Assembly (NCBI GenBank): GCA_964453665.1
Contig: CAYVQT010000004.1
Coordinates: 4,142-68,141, forward strand
Reading direction: 5' to 3'
Origin: an uncultured Dehalococcoidia bacterium
GTDB lineage: Bacteria > Chloroflexota > Dehalococcoidia > SZUA-161
Length of the DNA stretch: 64,000 nt
The notes beneath the pieces are model-generated. The model made no database searches, had not been told where the DNA came from, and saw nothing but the letters and a program-made list of their open reading frames with translations. Made by a program: the position numbers and the translations under genes. Positions 18,306 to 30,540 of this stretch are shown piece by piece; position 1 is the first letter of the stretch, and each line of letters opens with the position of its first letter.

Positions 18306-19264
18306 TGCCTAAACTCGGTCTGAAGAGCAAAGTGGCAATCGGGCTTGTTCTTGCTCTTCTATTGATCGTAATTGGCGGGCTCTTTTTCCCCGTCCATCAG
18401 CCTGGAGTCCATCTTTCCTCTAATTACGGCGGCACTGCGCCCGATCCATTTTACAAACTGGGTCCCATCTATATTACCAATACACTCATCACCACGTGGT
18501 TAACCATCGTTGTCCTGGTCGGTCTCTTTTACCTGGCTACCCGCAGGATGAAGCTTGTCCCCAGAGGACTGCAGAACATGGTGGAGACAGCAATTGAGGT
18601 ATTGCTCGGTTTCGTCGAGGGGGTAGCAGGCAAGGAGAACGGGCGCAGGTTCTTTCCTGTGTTAGCAACAATCTTTCTATATGTGCTCTTTAACGCCTGG
18701 TTGGGGCTGCTTCCCATCTTTAATTTTATCGGAACCGGTGAGACGGGTACGGCATCCGGCGCATTCTTCGGCGATTACAGCGGTTTTATAGTTCATACCG
18801 CGCTCTTTCGCGCCGCCAACACCGACATCAATGTCCCGCTTATGCTGGCGCTGGTATCATTCATCAGCGTTGAGTACTGGGGATTTACCTCACTCGGCGT
18901 CCGCCACTATGCGGGCAAATTTCTGAGATTTCGGCAGTTTATCCAGGGTATTGGCTATCTTTTAAAGGGCCGTGTCAAGTCCGCCTTGAGTGCCATATTG
19001 TTCGGCGCTATCGACATCTTCGTAGGTGCCCTTGAACTGCTCAGCGAGTTTGTACGTATCATCAGCTTCACCTTCCGTCTCTTCGGTAATATGACCGCTG
19101 GCGAGGTATTGCTGTTGATGATGGCTTTCCTAATCCCCTGGATTGTTGCTATACCGTTCTACGGTCTGGAGATACTCCTCGGGGCTATACAGGCACTCAT
19201 ATTCTGTGCATTGACGCTGGTATTTGCGACCATGGCGGTCACCCCGCACGAATCAGAACATTAG
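18305..19264 (+). CDS. atpB: ATP synthase Fo subunit a
   Basis: Polytopic protein with the essential-Arg segment ISFTFRLFGNMTAGEVLL. Sits between atpZ and atpE. Confidence 0.93.
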   Translation: MPKLGLKSKVAIGLVLALLLIVIGGLFFPVHQPGVHLSSNYGGTAPDPFYKLGPIYITNTLITTWLTIVVLVGLFYLATRRMKLVPRGLQNMVETAIEVLLGFVEGVAGKENGRRFFPVLATIFLYVLFNAWLGLLPIFNFIGTGETGTASGAFFGDYSGFIVHTALFRAANTDINVPLMLALVSFISVEYWGFTSLGVRHYAGKFLRFRQFIQGIGYLLKGRVKSALSAILFGAIDIFVGALELLSEFVRIISFTFRLFGNMTAGEVLLLMMAFLIPWIVAIPFYGLEILLGAIQALIFCALTLVFATMAVTPHESEH

Positions 19265-19290
19265 AATCTCAAGGAAAGGGGTTGTGAGAA

Positions 19291-19518
19291 ATGGACGCTG
19301 AAGCAATGAAAATGCTGGGCGCAGGGCTGGCTATGGGGCTGGGTGCCCTGGGGCCGGGGATCGGAATCGGCATTCTGGGCTATGGAGCTATGCAGGCGCT
19401 GGGCCGAAACCCCGAGGCCAGAGGGCCGATTATGACCAACATGATCCTGGCCATCGCTTTCGCTGAAGCCATTGGCATTTACGCCCTGATTGTAGCTATC
19501 ATTCTCGGTATGCTTTAG
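19291..19518 (+). CDS. atpE: ATP synthase Fo subunit c
   Basis: 75 aa hairpin protein, GxGxGxG helix 1, loop RNPE, carboxylate in AFAEAIGIYAL. Confidence 0.95.
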   Translation: MDAEAMKMLGAGLAMGLGALGPGIGIGILGYGAMQALGRNPEARGPIMTNMILAIAFAEAIGIYALIVAIILGML

Positions 19519-19544
19519 GCCGGGAGACAGAAGGAGGCACAGTT

Positions 19545-19661
19545 ATGCAGGACGAAGGCCTACCTCCGTTCATCGCAGTTCTAGCTTCAACTGCACTCAT
19601 TATTGGGGTTATTGTCGCAGGGATTATCCTGGGCGCTGTCCTCATCATAGCAGGCAGCTAA
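19545..19661 (+). CDS. Unannotated 38-aa single-TM ORF between atpE and atpF
   Basis: GAAGGAGG RBS 6 nt before the ATG. Product MQDEGLPPFIAVLASTALIIGVIVAGIILGAVLIIAGS. Below the ORF-track size cut-off. It fills most of the gap between atpE and atpF. Confidence 0.55.
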   Translation: MQDEGLPPFIAVLASTALIIGVIVAGIILGAVLIIAGS

Positions 19662-19748
19662 CCGCAATCTATATTTTTATAGACATCGCGGCCTGGCTAT
19701 TCGAGGAGCAGGCAGTTGTTACCCAGGCTAAACAAAGGGAGTCGCGCA

Positions 19749-20321
19749 ATGATGTATCTTATCGGCCTTGCCTTTGCCATTATCTCGCTTTCGCTGCTGC
19801 TGAGCGGCTGTGACGCGATGGGAGAACTCGGCATAAACTGGCATGGTCTGCTTGGGCAATTTATAAGCTTCGGCATTCTATTAGCACTTCTCTTTATTAT
19901 CGGATACAAGCCAATAACGAAGATGCTCGATGAACGATCCCAGCGTATCAAGGAAAGCATGGATCAAGCCGATTTCATAAAGCAGGAAACCGCCAAAACC
20001 GAGCAGATGGTACAGGAGCAACTCGCGCAAGCACGCAAGCAGGGGCAGGACCTCGTGGCCCAGGCGGAGCAGATCGGCGAGAGGCTCAAAGAAGAAGCCA
20101 GACAGCAAGCCAGGCTTGATGCCGAGGCCATTGTTGCCAGAGCACGGAGCGAAATCAAGGCCGAGAACGAAGAGGCCATTGCCCAACTGCGTAAGGAGTT
20201 CGTCGATGTAGCCATTCAGGCTGCGGAGAAGGTGATTAACAGGGCGCTGGATAAGGAAGCCCATCGACAGCTCATTGAAGAGACATTGAGAGAGAGCAGG
20301 GACCTGAAGGAGGAAGGCTAG
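19749..20321 (+). CDS. atpF: ATP synthase Fo subunit b, with an extra N-terminal hydrophobic segment
   Basis: Canonical b-subunit start INWHGLLGQFISFGILLALLFIIGYKPITKMLDERSQRI, then a long charged helix. ATG at 19749 follows AAGGGAG. ATG at 19818 is an alternative start. Confidence 0.88.
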   Translation: MMYLIGLAFAIISLSLLLSGCDAMGELGINWHGLLGQFISFGILLALLFIIGYKPITKMLDERSQRIKESMDQADFIKQETAKTEQMVQEQLAQARKQGQDLVAQAEQIGERLKEEARQQARLDAEAIVARARSEIKAENEEAIAQLRKEFVDVAIQAAEKVINRALDKEAHRQLIEETLRESRDLKEEG

Positions 20322-20857
20322 TGGCAGCAGTCGGCTCCGCTAAGCGATATGCTCAGGCAGTATTTCAAATCGCCCTGGAAAACAATGAGGTTGGTAAATG
20401 GCGGTCTGAACTGGAGACCATTGCCGCTACCCTGGGAGACCCCCAATTGACAGCAATTCTTGAGGACCCGAAAGTGCATCTCAACAATAAAATTCAACTA
20501 ATCAATGAATGCCTTCCGGGGATAAGCCAGCTTGCCTTAAACTTCGCCTACCTCATCGCTGCAAAGCAGGTGCTCGGTATACTGAGCCAGATCGCAGTCG
20601 AATACAACAGCATGGCTGACAGCCACGAGGGACTGGATCATGCTAACGTGGTTACAGCTATAGCCCTCGGTGATGCGGATAAGGAAAGTCTTGCCGCTCA
20701 TCTGGCCACGATAACCGGCAAACAGGTATCACTCGACACTGAAGTAGACCCATCCATAATAGGTGGCTTCGTTGCCAGAATTGGCGACAGGTTGATAGAT
20801 GGCAGCACGAAGGCAAGGCTCGAGTTACTGAGGAAGAAATTGATCGAAGCAGCGTAG
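20321..20857 (+). CDS. atpH: ATP synthase F1 subunit delta (OSCP)
   Basis: 178 aa, AKRYAQAVFQIALE start, C-terminal IIGGFVARIGDRLIDGS. GTG start overlaps the atpF stop. Confidence 0.92.
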   Translation: MAAVGSAKRYAQAVFQIALENNEVGKWRSELETIAATLGDPQLTAILEDPKVHLNNKIQLINECLPGISQLALNFAYLIAAKQVLGILSQIAVEYNSMADSHEGLDHANVVTAIALGDADKESLAAHLATITGKQVSLDTEVDPSIIGGFVARIGDRLIDGSTKARLELLRKKLIEAA

Positions 20858-20896
20858 GACTGGTACCCGGATAACACTAGTAAAGGAGTAATACCC

Positions 20897-22446
20897 ATGG
20901 CACGGGCTCAGGATATCGCTTACGTTATCAAGCAGCAAATAGAGAAGTTCGGTGCCGCTGTTACCGAGGTTGATGTGGGCACTGTGGTCGAAGTGGGCGA
21001 CGGTATCGCTCATATCCACGGGCTCTCTGGAGTCAAGTATAACGAGTTGCTTGAATTCCCCCACGATATAACAGGGCTTGCACTTAACCTGGAAGAGGAC
21101 AGCGTCGGGGCTATCCTGCTTGGCGAATACTCAGAGATCAAAGAGGGTGATGAGGTAAGATGCACCGGCAGAATCGTTGAGGTACCGGTAGGCGATGGGC
21201 TCATAGGTCGTGTAGTGAACCCGCTGGGCGAGCCCATCGACGGCAAAGGGCCGATCAGCCATCAGACAACGCGTCCCGTTGAACGGGTAGCGCCTAACGT
21301 AGTCACCCGAATGCCGGTGGATACGCCAGTTCAGACCGGCATCAAGGCCATTGACAGCATGATACCTATTGGCAGAGGGCAGCGCGAGCTGATAATCGGC
21401 GATCGTTCCACAGGGAAAACGGCAATCGCCATCGATACCATTATCAACCAAAAGGGTGGCGATCTTGTCTGTATATACGTAGCCATAGGGCAGAAATCCT
21501 CGAAGGTGGCACAAATAGTCGCTATACTTGAGAAATACGGTGCTATGGAGCACACCATCATAGTTTCCGCCAATGCCTCGGAATCCGCAGCTCTGCAGTA
21601 TCTGGCGCCTTACTCCGGCTGTACCTTCGGCGAAGAGTTCATGGAGCAGGGGCGCGATGCCCTTGTAATCTATGATGATTTGTCAAAACACGCGTGGGCC
21701 TATCGGCAGATATCTCTGCTGCTGCGCCGCCCCGCGGGGCGTGAAGCATATCCCGGAGATGTCTTTTACCTCCATTCAAGGCTGCTGGAAAGAGCTGCGA
21801 AGTACAATACCGAGCACGGCGGCGGCTCTCTTACCGCTCTGCCAATTATCGAAACCCAGGCTGCCGACATATCGGCCTATATTCCGACTAACGTAATATC
21901 CATCACCGACGGCCAGATTTATCTTGAAACCGACCTTTTCAATGCTGGAATCAGGCCCGCGATGAACGTTGGGCTCTCAGTATCACGGGTAGGTGGCTCA
22001 GCCCAGACCAAGGCCATGAAGAAAGTGACTGGCAGGCTCCGCATCGATCTCGCTCAATACCGTGAAATGTCGACATTCGCCCAGTTCGGCACCGCTGACC
22101 TCGATAAAGCTACCAGAGCGCAGCTTGATCTCGGTCAACGTATCACCGAGATACTTAAGCAGCCACAGTATGTGCCCTTGCCTATCGAAAAGCAGGTTAT
22201 GATTCTCTACGCGGTGATAAACGGCTACCTGGATGATGTCCCTGTGAACAGTATTGGCGCGGTAGAAGAATCCTTCTATAGATTTCTGGACACAAATCAT
22301 CCCGATATCGGTAAGTCTATTGCCTCTGAGAAAGCATTGAGTGACGCTACTGAAGAGATGCTAAAGAAAGCTGTTTCCGATTTCAAACAGACTTTATCGT
22401 TCACTGATGACCAGAGCTGTATTCTACCGGATGAAAAGACGGCACA

Positions 22447-22450
<4 letters not shown>
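20897..22450 (+). CDS. atpA: ATP synthase F1 subunit alpha
   Basis: Walker A GDRSTGKT, 517 aa, typical alpha sequence throughout. Confidence 0.98.
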
Positions 22451-24724
<2,274 letters not shown>

Positions 24725-24725
<1 letters not shown>

Positions 24726-25147
24726 TGGCAAAGCTGAGTCTTGATATCGTAACTGCCGAGCGGGTTGTTTACTCCGAGTCTGTCGATGTGGTGGTAGCAC
24801 CGGGCATTGAGGGACAACTCGGTATATTGCTACAGCATGCCGCACTTATGACTATGCTTCAGCCCGGTGAGCTCATGGTTAGACGAGATGGCGAAGAGCA
24901 ATCGATCTTTGTCAGCGGTGGATTCCTCGAGGTGCAGGGTGATAAAGTAACAGTGCTGGCTGACACCGCTGAGAGAGCTGAGGAGATCGATATCGCTCGT
25001 GCTGAAGAAGCCAAGCGGCGCGCCGAACGGAGGGTTACACAATCACCTTCAGAGGCTGACCATGCTCGCGCCCAGGCAGCGATGCTTCGCTCCCTGATGA
25101 GGCTTAAGGTGGCTGAGAAGAGTCGAAAGAGGCGTCCCAGGCCTTAG
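24725..25147 (+). CDS. atpC: ATP synthase F1 subunit epsilon
   Basis: 140 aa, [11 protein letters not shown] start, C-terminal helical hairpin. Last gene of the operon. Confidence 0.93.
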
Positions 25148-25226
25148 GCCACTGACATTTAATCATCGAGCACAAACGTATGCCGAACATCCCTGCCAAT
25201 CTTTCTTACGAATAGGCCAAGCGCCT

Positions 25227-25862
25227 TCACCTGTAATCCCGGTTTTTGGCCAGATAGTATGTCATGCTTTGCAGGGCCAGTACCGGGTCAATCGATTCCA
25301 GACGCACGCCCTCAGGGGCGTTCGCACAGATTGGAGCGTAGTTCAGGATAGACTTAATCCCGCTCCGAACTAACTTATTGATAACTTCCTGCGCCTCAGT
25401 GGAAGGCACCGCAACAATTGCGATATCCACTTTTTTCTCTATTACACCTATCTCAAGTTCCGCCATATCCTGAATTACCACACCACTTACCCTTTCTCCA
25501 ATCACATCGCTGTCTTTGTCAAACGCGGCAACTATCTTGAATCCACGGGGGATAAAACCTCTGTAATCAAGAATCGCCCTCCCCAGTCTTCCGACACCGA
25601 CAATTGCCATCAGCCATTGCCGGTCCAAGCCTAAAATCTGCCTCAATTCATCAAGCAGAAGAGCTACATTATAACCCCTGCCCTGCCGGCCAAACTTCCC
25701 GAAGTAACTCAGGTCCTTCCTGATCTGATCCGATGACATACCGAAACGATATCCCAAATCCTTGGAATTAATGAAGTCGATACCGTCCTTGTGCAATTCC
25801 GTAAGCCCGCGGACATACATCGGCAGTCTCGATACAACTACCTCGGGAATTTGTCTCTCCAT
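25227..25862 (-). CDS. rex: Redox-sensing transcriptional repressor Rex
   Basis: RLPMYVRGL, SSDQIRKDLSYFGKFGRQGRGYNV winged-helix segment, then Rossmann IVGVGRLGRA. Confidence 0.93.
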   Translation of the reverse strand: MERQIPEVVVSRLPMYVRGLTELHKDGIDFINSKDLGYRFGMSSDQIRKDLSYFGKFGRQGRGYNVALLLDELRQILGLDRQWLMAIVGVGRLGRAILDYRGFIPRGFKIVAAFDKDSDVIGERVSGVVIQDMAELEIGVIEKKVDIAIVAVPSTEAQEVINKLVRSGIKSILNYAPICANAPEGVRLESIDPVLALQSMTYYLAKNRDYR

Positions 25863-25947
25863 CTCCTACTCCCGCGACAATCAATCAATGCTGTATTTTA
25901 AAAGAGGGCAATATTTAACGATGGATTTTATGCCCGAGGGAAAGCGT

Positions 25948-27465
25948 TCATTTGGGCATGTTCACCATTTTATCCTCTTTCATGCGCTCACGCCAACGGT
26001 ATATTAGATATCCGCCCAATCCAATACCCATCCAGCCAAATCCCACCCAGCGACTGTAATCTTGAACAACTATTATCACCAGCCATATGGCAATCGTAGC
26101 AGCAAGTCCGATTACAGCAGTTACCGGTATCTCATGTCCTCTTATCATAATGTTCCCTCTAAGCTTGAACGGTCGGGCTAAATCAGGCTTTCTGATCCTC
26201 AGAGCTATAATTGAGGCATGTGCAAAGCCAAATGCAAGAAGCGAGCCGAAAGTATATAAACCGCCCATATTACTGAATATCTCCGTAATATCACCACGGA
26301 AAAGACCCGGGATTAGAATAAGAATCGCCACAACGCTAAAGACGATGATTGATACGTAGGGTGTCCTGAAACGGGGATGCACTCGTTGGAACGCGGATGG
26401 TAGCTGTCGATATGTACCCATAGAGAATGCCAGCCGGGATATGCCCATGAGCCCGGCGTTGGTAGCAATAAGTAGAATGGTAGCTGCAAGTATTGCCACC
26501 AGTGGTTCGAATATTGCGCTCAACCAAGGGTATGGAAAGGCGTTAGCGATACCCGCTACAGGGTCCCGAGCCCACTCTGTGGCCAGACTATCTGGCGTTA
26601 TCGCAGAGAGGGCAACAACAGATACGCCTGAGAACATTACCAGGACCGTAAACATCATCATAATCATAGCCCGGGGCACACGTATTTGCGGCAAGCGGGT
26701 TTCCTCAGACATCTGCGATACAGTTTCAACCCCTGTGTATGCTAAAGCAGCAAGAGCAATCCCAAATATCAGGTTGGTTGCAGTCGGCCAGTTCCCGTTG
26801 CCAAACATATTATCGACCAGCTGTGAGACGCTGAACGCGATAACCCCCGGGCTTAAAAGAAGTACAAGTCCTATTATTACCAGCAGAGCCTGTACGCTCA
26901 CATCCAGTATCGCCGCTCCTATGTTTACAAATGCGGTCTCCTTAACCCCAATAACATTAATCACCGTTAGAAACAGTACAATCCCTACCGAGAAAAGCGT
27001 ACCTATCCACGGGTCAGTCTTCAAAGGTTCCCAGAAGTACCCCAGGTATGGCGAGATGGTGAATGCTGAAATCGAGATAGTTACGATATAGCTTAATAGA
27101 AGAGCCCATCCAGCCGCAAAGCCAACGTGCTCGTTAAATCCATGACGGGCAAAGCTAGCCGAGCCCCCTGCTTCGGGGAACATAGTCGCCCCTTCCGAAT
27201 AGGTAAGCGCAGTAAATACAAATAGGATACCTGCGGCAACCAGTGCTATCGGGGTAGCCCCCATAGCCACTAAGGCAACTATGCCTAAGGCATAATAGAT
27301 AGATGAGCCTACATTACCATAGCCCGCGCTATAGAGGGCTGCAACGCCCAACACTCGACGGAGTCTTTGCGTTGCCCCCCTGGGGCGACGAATAATTCTA
27401 TCTCCTGGTTTCCTGTGCGGAAGCTCACGCAGTTGATCATGCTGCGAATTCTTTTTAAATTTCAA
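25948..27465 (-). CDS. APC-superfamily amino acid permease
   Basis: 505 aa, about 12 TM segments, GAGILFVFTALTYSE-type N-terminal APC motif region. Overlaps the gmk 3' end by 11 nt. Confidence 0.85.
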   Translation of the reverse strand: MKFKKNSQHDQLRELPHRKPGDRIIRRPRGATQRLRRVLGVAALYSAGYGNVGSSIYYALGIVALVAMGATPIALVAAGILFVFTALTYSEGATMFPEAGGSASFARHGFNEHVGFAAGWALLLSYIVTISISAFTISPYLGYFWEPLKTDPWIGTLFSVGIVLFLTVINVIGVKETAFVNIGAAILDVSVQALLVIIGLVLLLSPGVIAFSVSQLVDNMFGNGNWPTATNLIFGIALAALAYTGVETVSQMSEETRLPQIRVPRAMIMMMFTVLVMFSGVSVVALSAITPDSLATEWARDPVAGIANAFPYPWLSAIFEPLVAILAATILLIATNAGLMGISRLAFSMGTYRQLPSAFQRVHPRFRTPYVSIIVFSVVAILILIPGLFRGDITEIFSNMGGLYTFGSLLAFGFAHASIIALRIRKPDLARPFKLRGNIMIRGHEIPVTAVIGLAATIAIWLVIIVVQDYSRWVGFGWMGIGLGGYLIYRWRERMKEDKMVNMPK

Positions 27466-28063
27466 TCGATCTCGCCCTTACCCTGCATTTCTCAGCAGTA
27501 ATAATAGCCTCGATCTCAGAAACAGCTTTTTCCAGCTCGCCTTCATAATTAACAATCACGTAGTCAAACATAGGCAAGCTTCCCATTTCTTCCTCTGCAG
27601 CTTTTATTCTCAGCTCTAAATCAATGCTGGACTCGGTCTTGCGCTGCTTCAATCTCTCTTTCAACTCACTAATTGAAGGAGCAGCCACGAAGATGAATAC
27701 AGCCTCTGGAAGTATTCTCTTAATATTAGCAGACCCCTGAACGTCAACTTTTACCACTGCATCTAATCCTTTACCCAGAGCCTGCTGTAAATCTTTTTTC
27801 GGAACACCGTAGTAATTACCATAGACATTGGCCCATTCCAGCAGCTCACCTTCGTCAATCATACGCTCAAACTCGGACCTGGATATGAAATGATAGTCGC
27901 TTCCATCTGTCTCCCCTCGCCTCCGGGTACGGGTTGTCACCGTCACAACGAAATGCAATGGTAGCCTCGATTTTCTCATCTCATGCAGCAGGGCATCCTT
28001 GCCCACTCCTGAAGGGCCTGAGATTACAATTAGCAACGGTCTTCCAACTATGTTAAGCTCCAC
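27455..28063 (-). CDS. gmk: Guanylate kinase
   Basis: P-loop GPSGVGKDAL, TTRTRRRGETDGSDYHF, 202 aa. Confidence 0.95.
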   Translation of the reverse strand: MELNIVGRPLLIVISGPSGVGKDALLHEMRKSRLPLHFVVTVTTRTRRRGETDGSDYHFISRSEFERMIDEGELLEWANVYGNYYGVPKKDLQQALGKGLDAVVKVDVQGSANIKRILPEAVFIFVAAPSISELKERLKQRKTESSIDLELRIKAAEEEMGSLPMFDYVIVNYEGELEKAVSEIEAIITAEKCRVRARSIEI

Positions 28064-28067
28064 TCAT

Positions 28068-28352
28068 CTACTCCCTGTAACGCTTTGTCTGTCCCAGAAA
28101 CGAGCCATTACGGCTGGCCTCTACCCTCGTAGCAATCGTCTTGGAACCAATAGCAGTTAGAGCGATATGCCCGCTGTCCATAATAATGATTGTCTTTGTC
28201 CTTTTACCATTCGTCATATCAATCAGCATCCCCTGTCCTCCCGCATGCTCGACCAAGCGCTTAATAGGTGCTGAACCTGGCGACACAATAGCGACAACCT
28301 TATTAATAGCCAAGATGTTACCAAAACCAACGTGAATTAACTCCGTGTTCAA
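28068..28352 (-). CDS. remA: RemA (DUF370) extracellular-matrix regulatory protein family
   Basis: 94 aa. LIHVGFGNILAINKVVAIVSPGSAPIKRL ... TKTIIIMDSGHI is the RemA/YlzA pattern. Conserved position upstream of gmk. Confidence 0.9.
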   Translation of the reverse strand: MNTELIHVGFGNILAINKVVAIVSPGSAPIKRLVEHAGGQGMLIDMTNGKRTKTIIIMDSGHIALTAIGSKTIATRVEASRNGSFLGQTKRYRE

Positions 28353-28376
28353 TCCCTTCTCCTTTGTCTGTATTAT

Positions 28377-29666
28377 CTATTTCTCCGCACTGACCCGCTT
28401 CAGGTCCTCCCAGAATGTGGGATATGATATATCTGCTGCTTCCGATTTGTCAATCTCTGTTTCACCGTCAGCAATAAGAGCAGCCACACCGAGCATCATA
28501 GCCAATCGATGGTCTCCGTGGCTGGTGCAACTGGCACTATGTAGCCTCTGACCCCCACGGACTATCATGCCGTCGGGATATTCCTCAACATCCGCACCCA
28601 TCTTCGAAAGTTCCCTTACAGTCGCACTTATTCTGTCAATTTCCTTCACACGGAGTTCCTCGGCATTCCTTATTACTGTTTTACCCTGCGCCACAGAAGC
28701 AGCCAGAGCTACCAGCGGAATTTCATCGATAATCCGAGGGATTAATTCTCCTCCAATCTCTACTCCCTTGAGCGGACTCGACCGTATCTCCAGGTCAGCG
28801 ACAGGTTCCCCGCTCAATACATGCTCATTGCTGACCGTCAGATCGCCTCCCATCATGCGTAGAACATCGATAATGCCGCTCCTGGTTATATTAATACCCG
28901 TATCCAGCAATCTAATTCTAGCCTGATGATGGATAGCACCGGCAACAAGCCAGAAAGCGGCAGCGCTGATGTCCCCGGGTGTGTTTAAATCAACAGCCTT
29001 TAACGAACCTGGAGACAGAGTTATCGAATTCTCCGAAACATTTATCCTGGCTCCCATTTCCTTAAGCAGTCTTTCAGTATGGTCGCGCGAGTGCACAGGC
29101 TCCGTTATTATCGTATCTCCTTCAGAGAAAAGACCTGCGAGTAAAAGAGCCGACTTTATCTGAGCGCTGGCAACCGGAAGCTTATAGTGAATCCCGTGAA
29201 GCTTCCCTCCGTGGATAACCAATGGTGCCCTGCTATCATCCTGCCGGCCCCAAATGCGGGCACCCATCAGCCTGAGAGGTATAATCACACGGTCCATAGG
29301 ACGTGAGCGCAATGAGCTGTCTCCGGTTATGATCGATAAGAACGGTTGTGCTGCCAGAAGGCCTGCGAGCAGGCGCATCGTAGTTGCGCTGTTTTGAGCA
29401 TTAAGCACGTCCTCGGGCTCTCTCAAGCCCTTTCTACCACATCCGTGTACAAGGAGCCTCCCATCATCGCTTTGCTCTATCTCCGCACCCAGCGCACGCA
29501 GACAATTTACCGTAGCCGAGCAATCGTCGGCTTGCGAGAAATTGCTGATCCTTGAATTTCCTTCAGCAACGCTGTTCAGAATTACAGCACGGTGGGATAT
29601 CGACTTATCACTGGGAGGACGCATCTCGCCTTCCAGGGTACGTGCTCCCGTCACCTTCCGTTTCAC
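28377..29666 (-). CDS. aroA: 3-phosphoshikimate 1-carboxyvinyltransferase (EPSP synthase)
   Basis: PSDKSISHRAVIL, NSATTMRLLAGLL, 429 aa. Confidence 0.96.
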   Translation of the reverse strand: MKRKVTGARTLEGEMRPPSDKSISHRAVILNSVAEGNSRISNFSQADDCSATVNCLRALGAEIEQSDDGRLLVHGCGRKGLREPEDVLNAQNSATTMRLLAGLLAAQPFLSIITGDSSLRSRPMDRVIIPLRLMGARIWGRQDDSRAPLVIHGGKLHGIHYKLPVASAQIKSALLLAGLFSEGDTIITEPVHSRDHTERLLKEMGARINVSENSITLSPGSLKAVDLNTPGDISAAAFWLVAGAIHHQARIRLLDTGINITRSGIIDVLRMMGGDLTVSNEHVLSGEPVADLEIRSSPLKGVEIGGELIPRIIDEIPLVALAASVAQGKTVIRNAEELRVKEIDRISATVRELSKMGADVEEYPDGMIVRGGQRLHSASCTSHGDHRLAMMLGVAALIADGETEIDKSEAADISYPTFWEDLKRVSAEK

Positions 29667-30526
29667 AGACCCCCCTCTTTGAGCCAGCTTTCCCTTGCCT
29701 CCTGAGCACGAGCAAGCGCATCTCCAAGACCTTCACCACGCTTATCAACAAGAGAACGGAGCTTCTTTAACTCTTCGATATAACGGTCAATCCAGTGTAT
29801 GATCTCCTCACGATTGCTCAGGCATATATCGCGGTTCATATCAGGGTTCCCCGAAGCCAACCGCGATAGATCCCTATAACCCCTGGCCGCGAGCCTGGAC
29901 ATCTCCGGCCACGATGGACTATTCATCGTACTGGAAACGAATGCCGCTGAAAGAAGTATGGGCAAATGACTGATACCAGCCACTAAATTATCGTGCTCGC
30001 CGGCATCAATAGTAAGGGGTTTGGCTCCTATAGACCGCACGATACCCTCAAGCTTTCGCACCGCTTCAGGACTCGTTCTAGAAGTGGGAGTCAGGCAGTA
30101 CACACAACCACGAAAGATATCTGGATCAGCTTCGTCGATGCCGGAAGTTTCTTTCCCTGCCATAGGATGCCCTCCAATGAAATCAGCATCACGCGGTAAA
30201 TATTCATCCGCCCACTGCATAACCTTTACCTTGGTGCTGCCGACATCGGACACTATACACCCTGATAAAAGGTGGGCGGATATCTCCTCAAGCACCCCTC
30301 TGATGGTCATGACTGGCGTTGCTATTATTACCAAACTCGTGTCTTTTACCGCCGATGCCATGTCGTCTGCTGCACTATCTATAATATTTTCCTTCTTTGC
30401 CCTGGCAACTATCTCCGAGCGCCTGCTGAATCCAATAATCTCCGCCTCGATTTCTCCTGACTCCTTCAAAGCCAACGCGAGTGATCCTCCCATCAGGCCA
30501 AGTCCTATTATGGCAATCCTTTCCAA
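29663..30526 (-). CDS. tyrA: Prephenate dehydrogenase
   Basis: RIAIIGLGLMGGSLALAL Rossmann start and a GGHPMAGKE catalytic region. TTG at 30526 after GGGGGGAT is preferred. The longer track start (30661) would overlap the upstream M50 gene by 121 nt. Confidence 0.88.
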   Translation of the reverse strand: MERIAIIGLGLMGGSLALALKESGEIEAEIIGFSRRSEIVARAKKENIIDSAADDMASAVKDTSLVIIATPVMTIRGVLEEISAHLLSGCIVSDVGSTKVKVMQWADEYLPRDADFIGGHPMAGKETSGIDEADPDIFRGCVYCLTPTSRTSPEAVRKLEGIVRSIGAKPLTIDAGEHDNLVAGISHLPILLSAAFVSSTMNSPSWPEMSRLAARGYRDLSRLASGNPDMNRDICLSNREEIIHWIDRYIEELKKLRSLVDKRGEGLGDALARAQEARESWLKEGGL

Positions 30527-30540
30527 TCTATCCCCCCAAA

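Noticed and set aside
25148-25947. Search for Rex operators (TTGTGAA-N4-6-TTCACAA) around rex, and also upstream of the atp operon and etfBA.
   Set aside because: No match with acceptable half-sites was seen in these intergenic regions. Isolated TTCACA strings occur only inside coding sequence.
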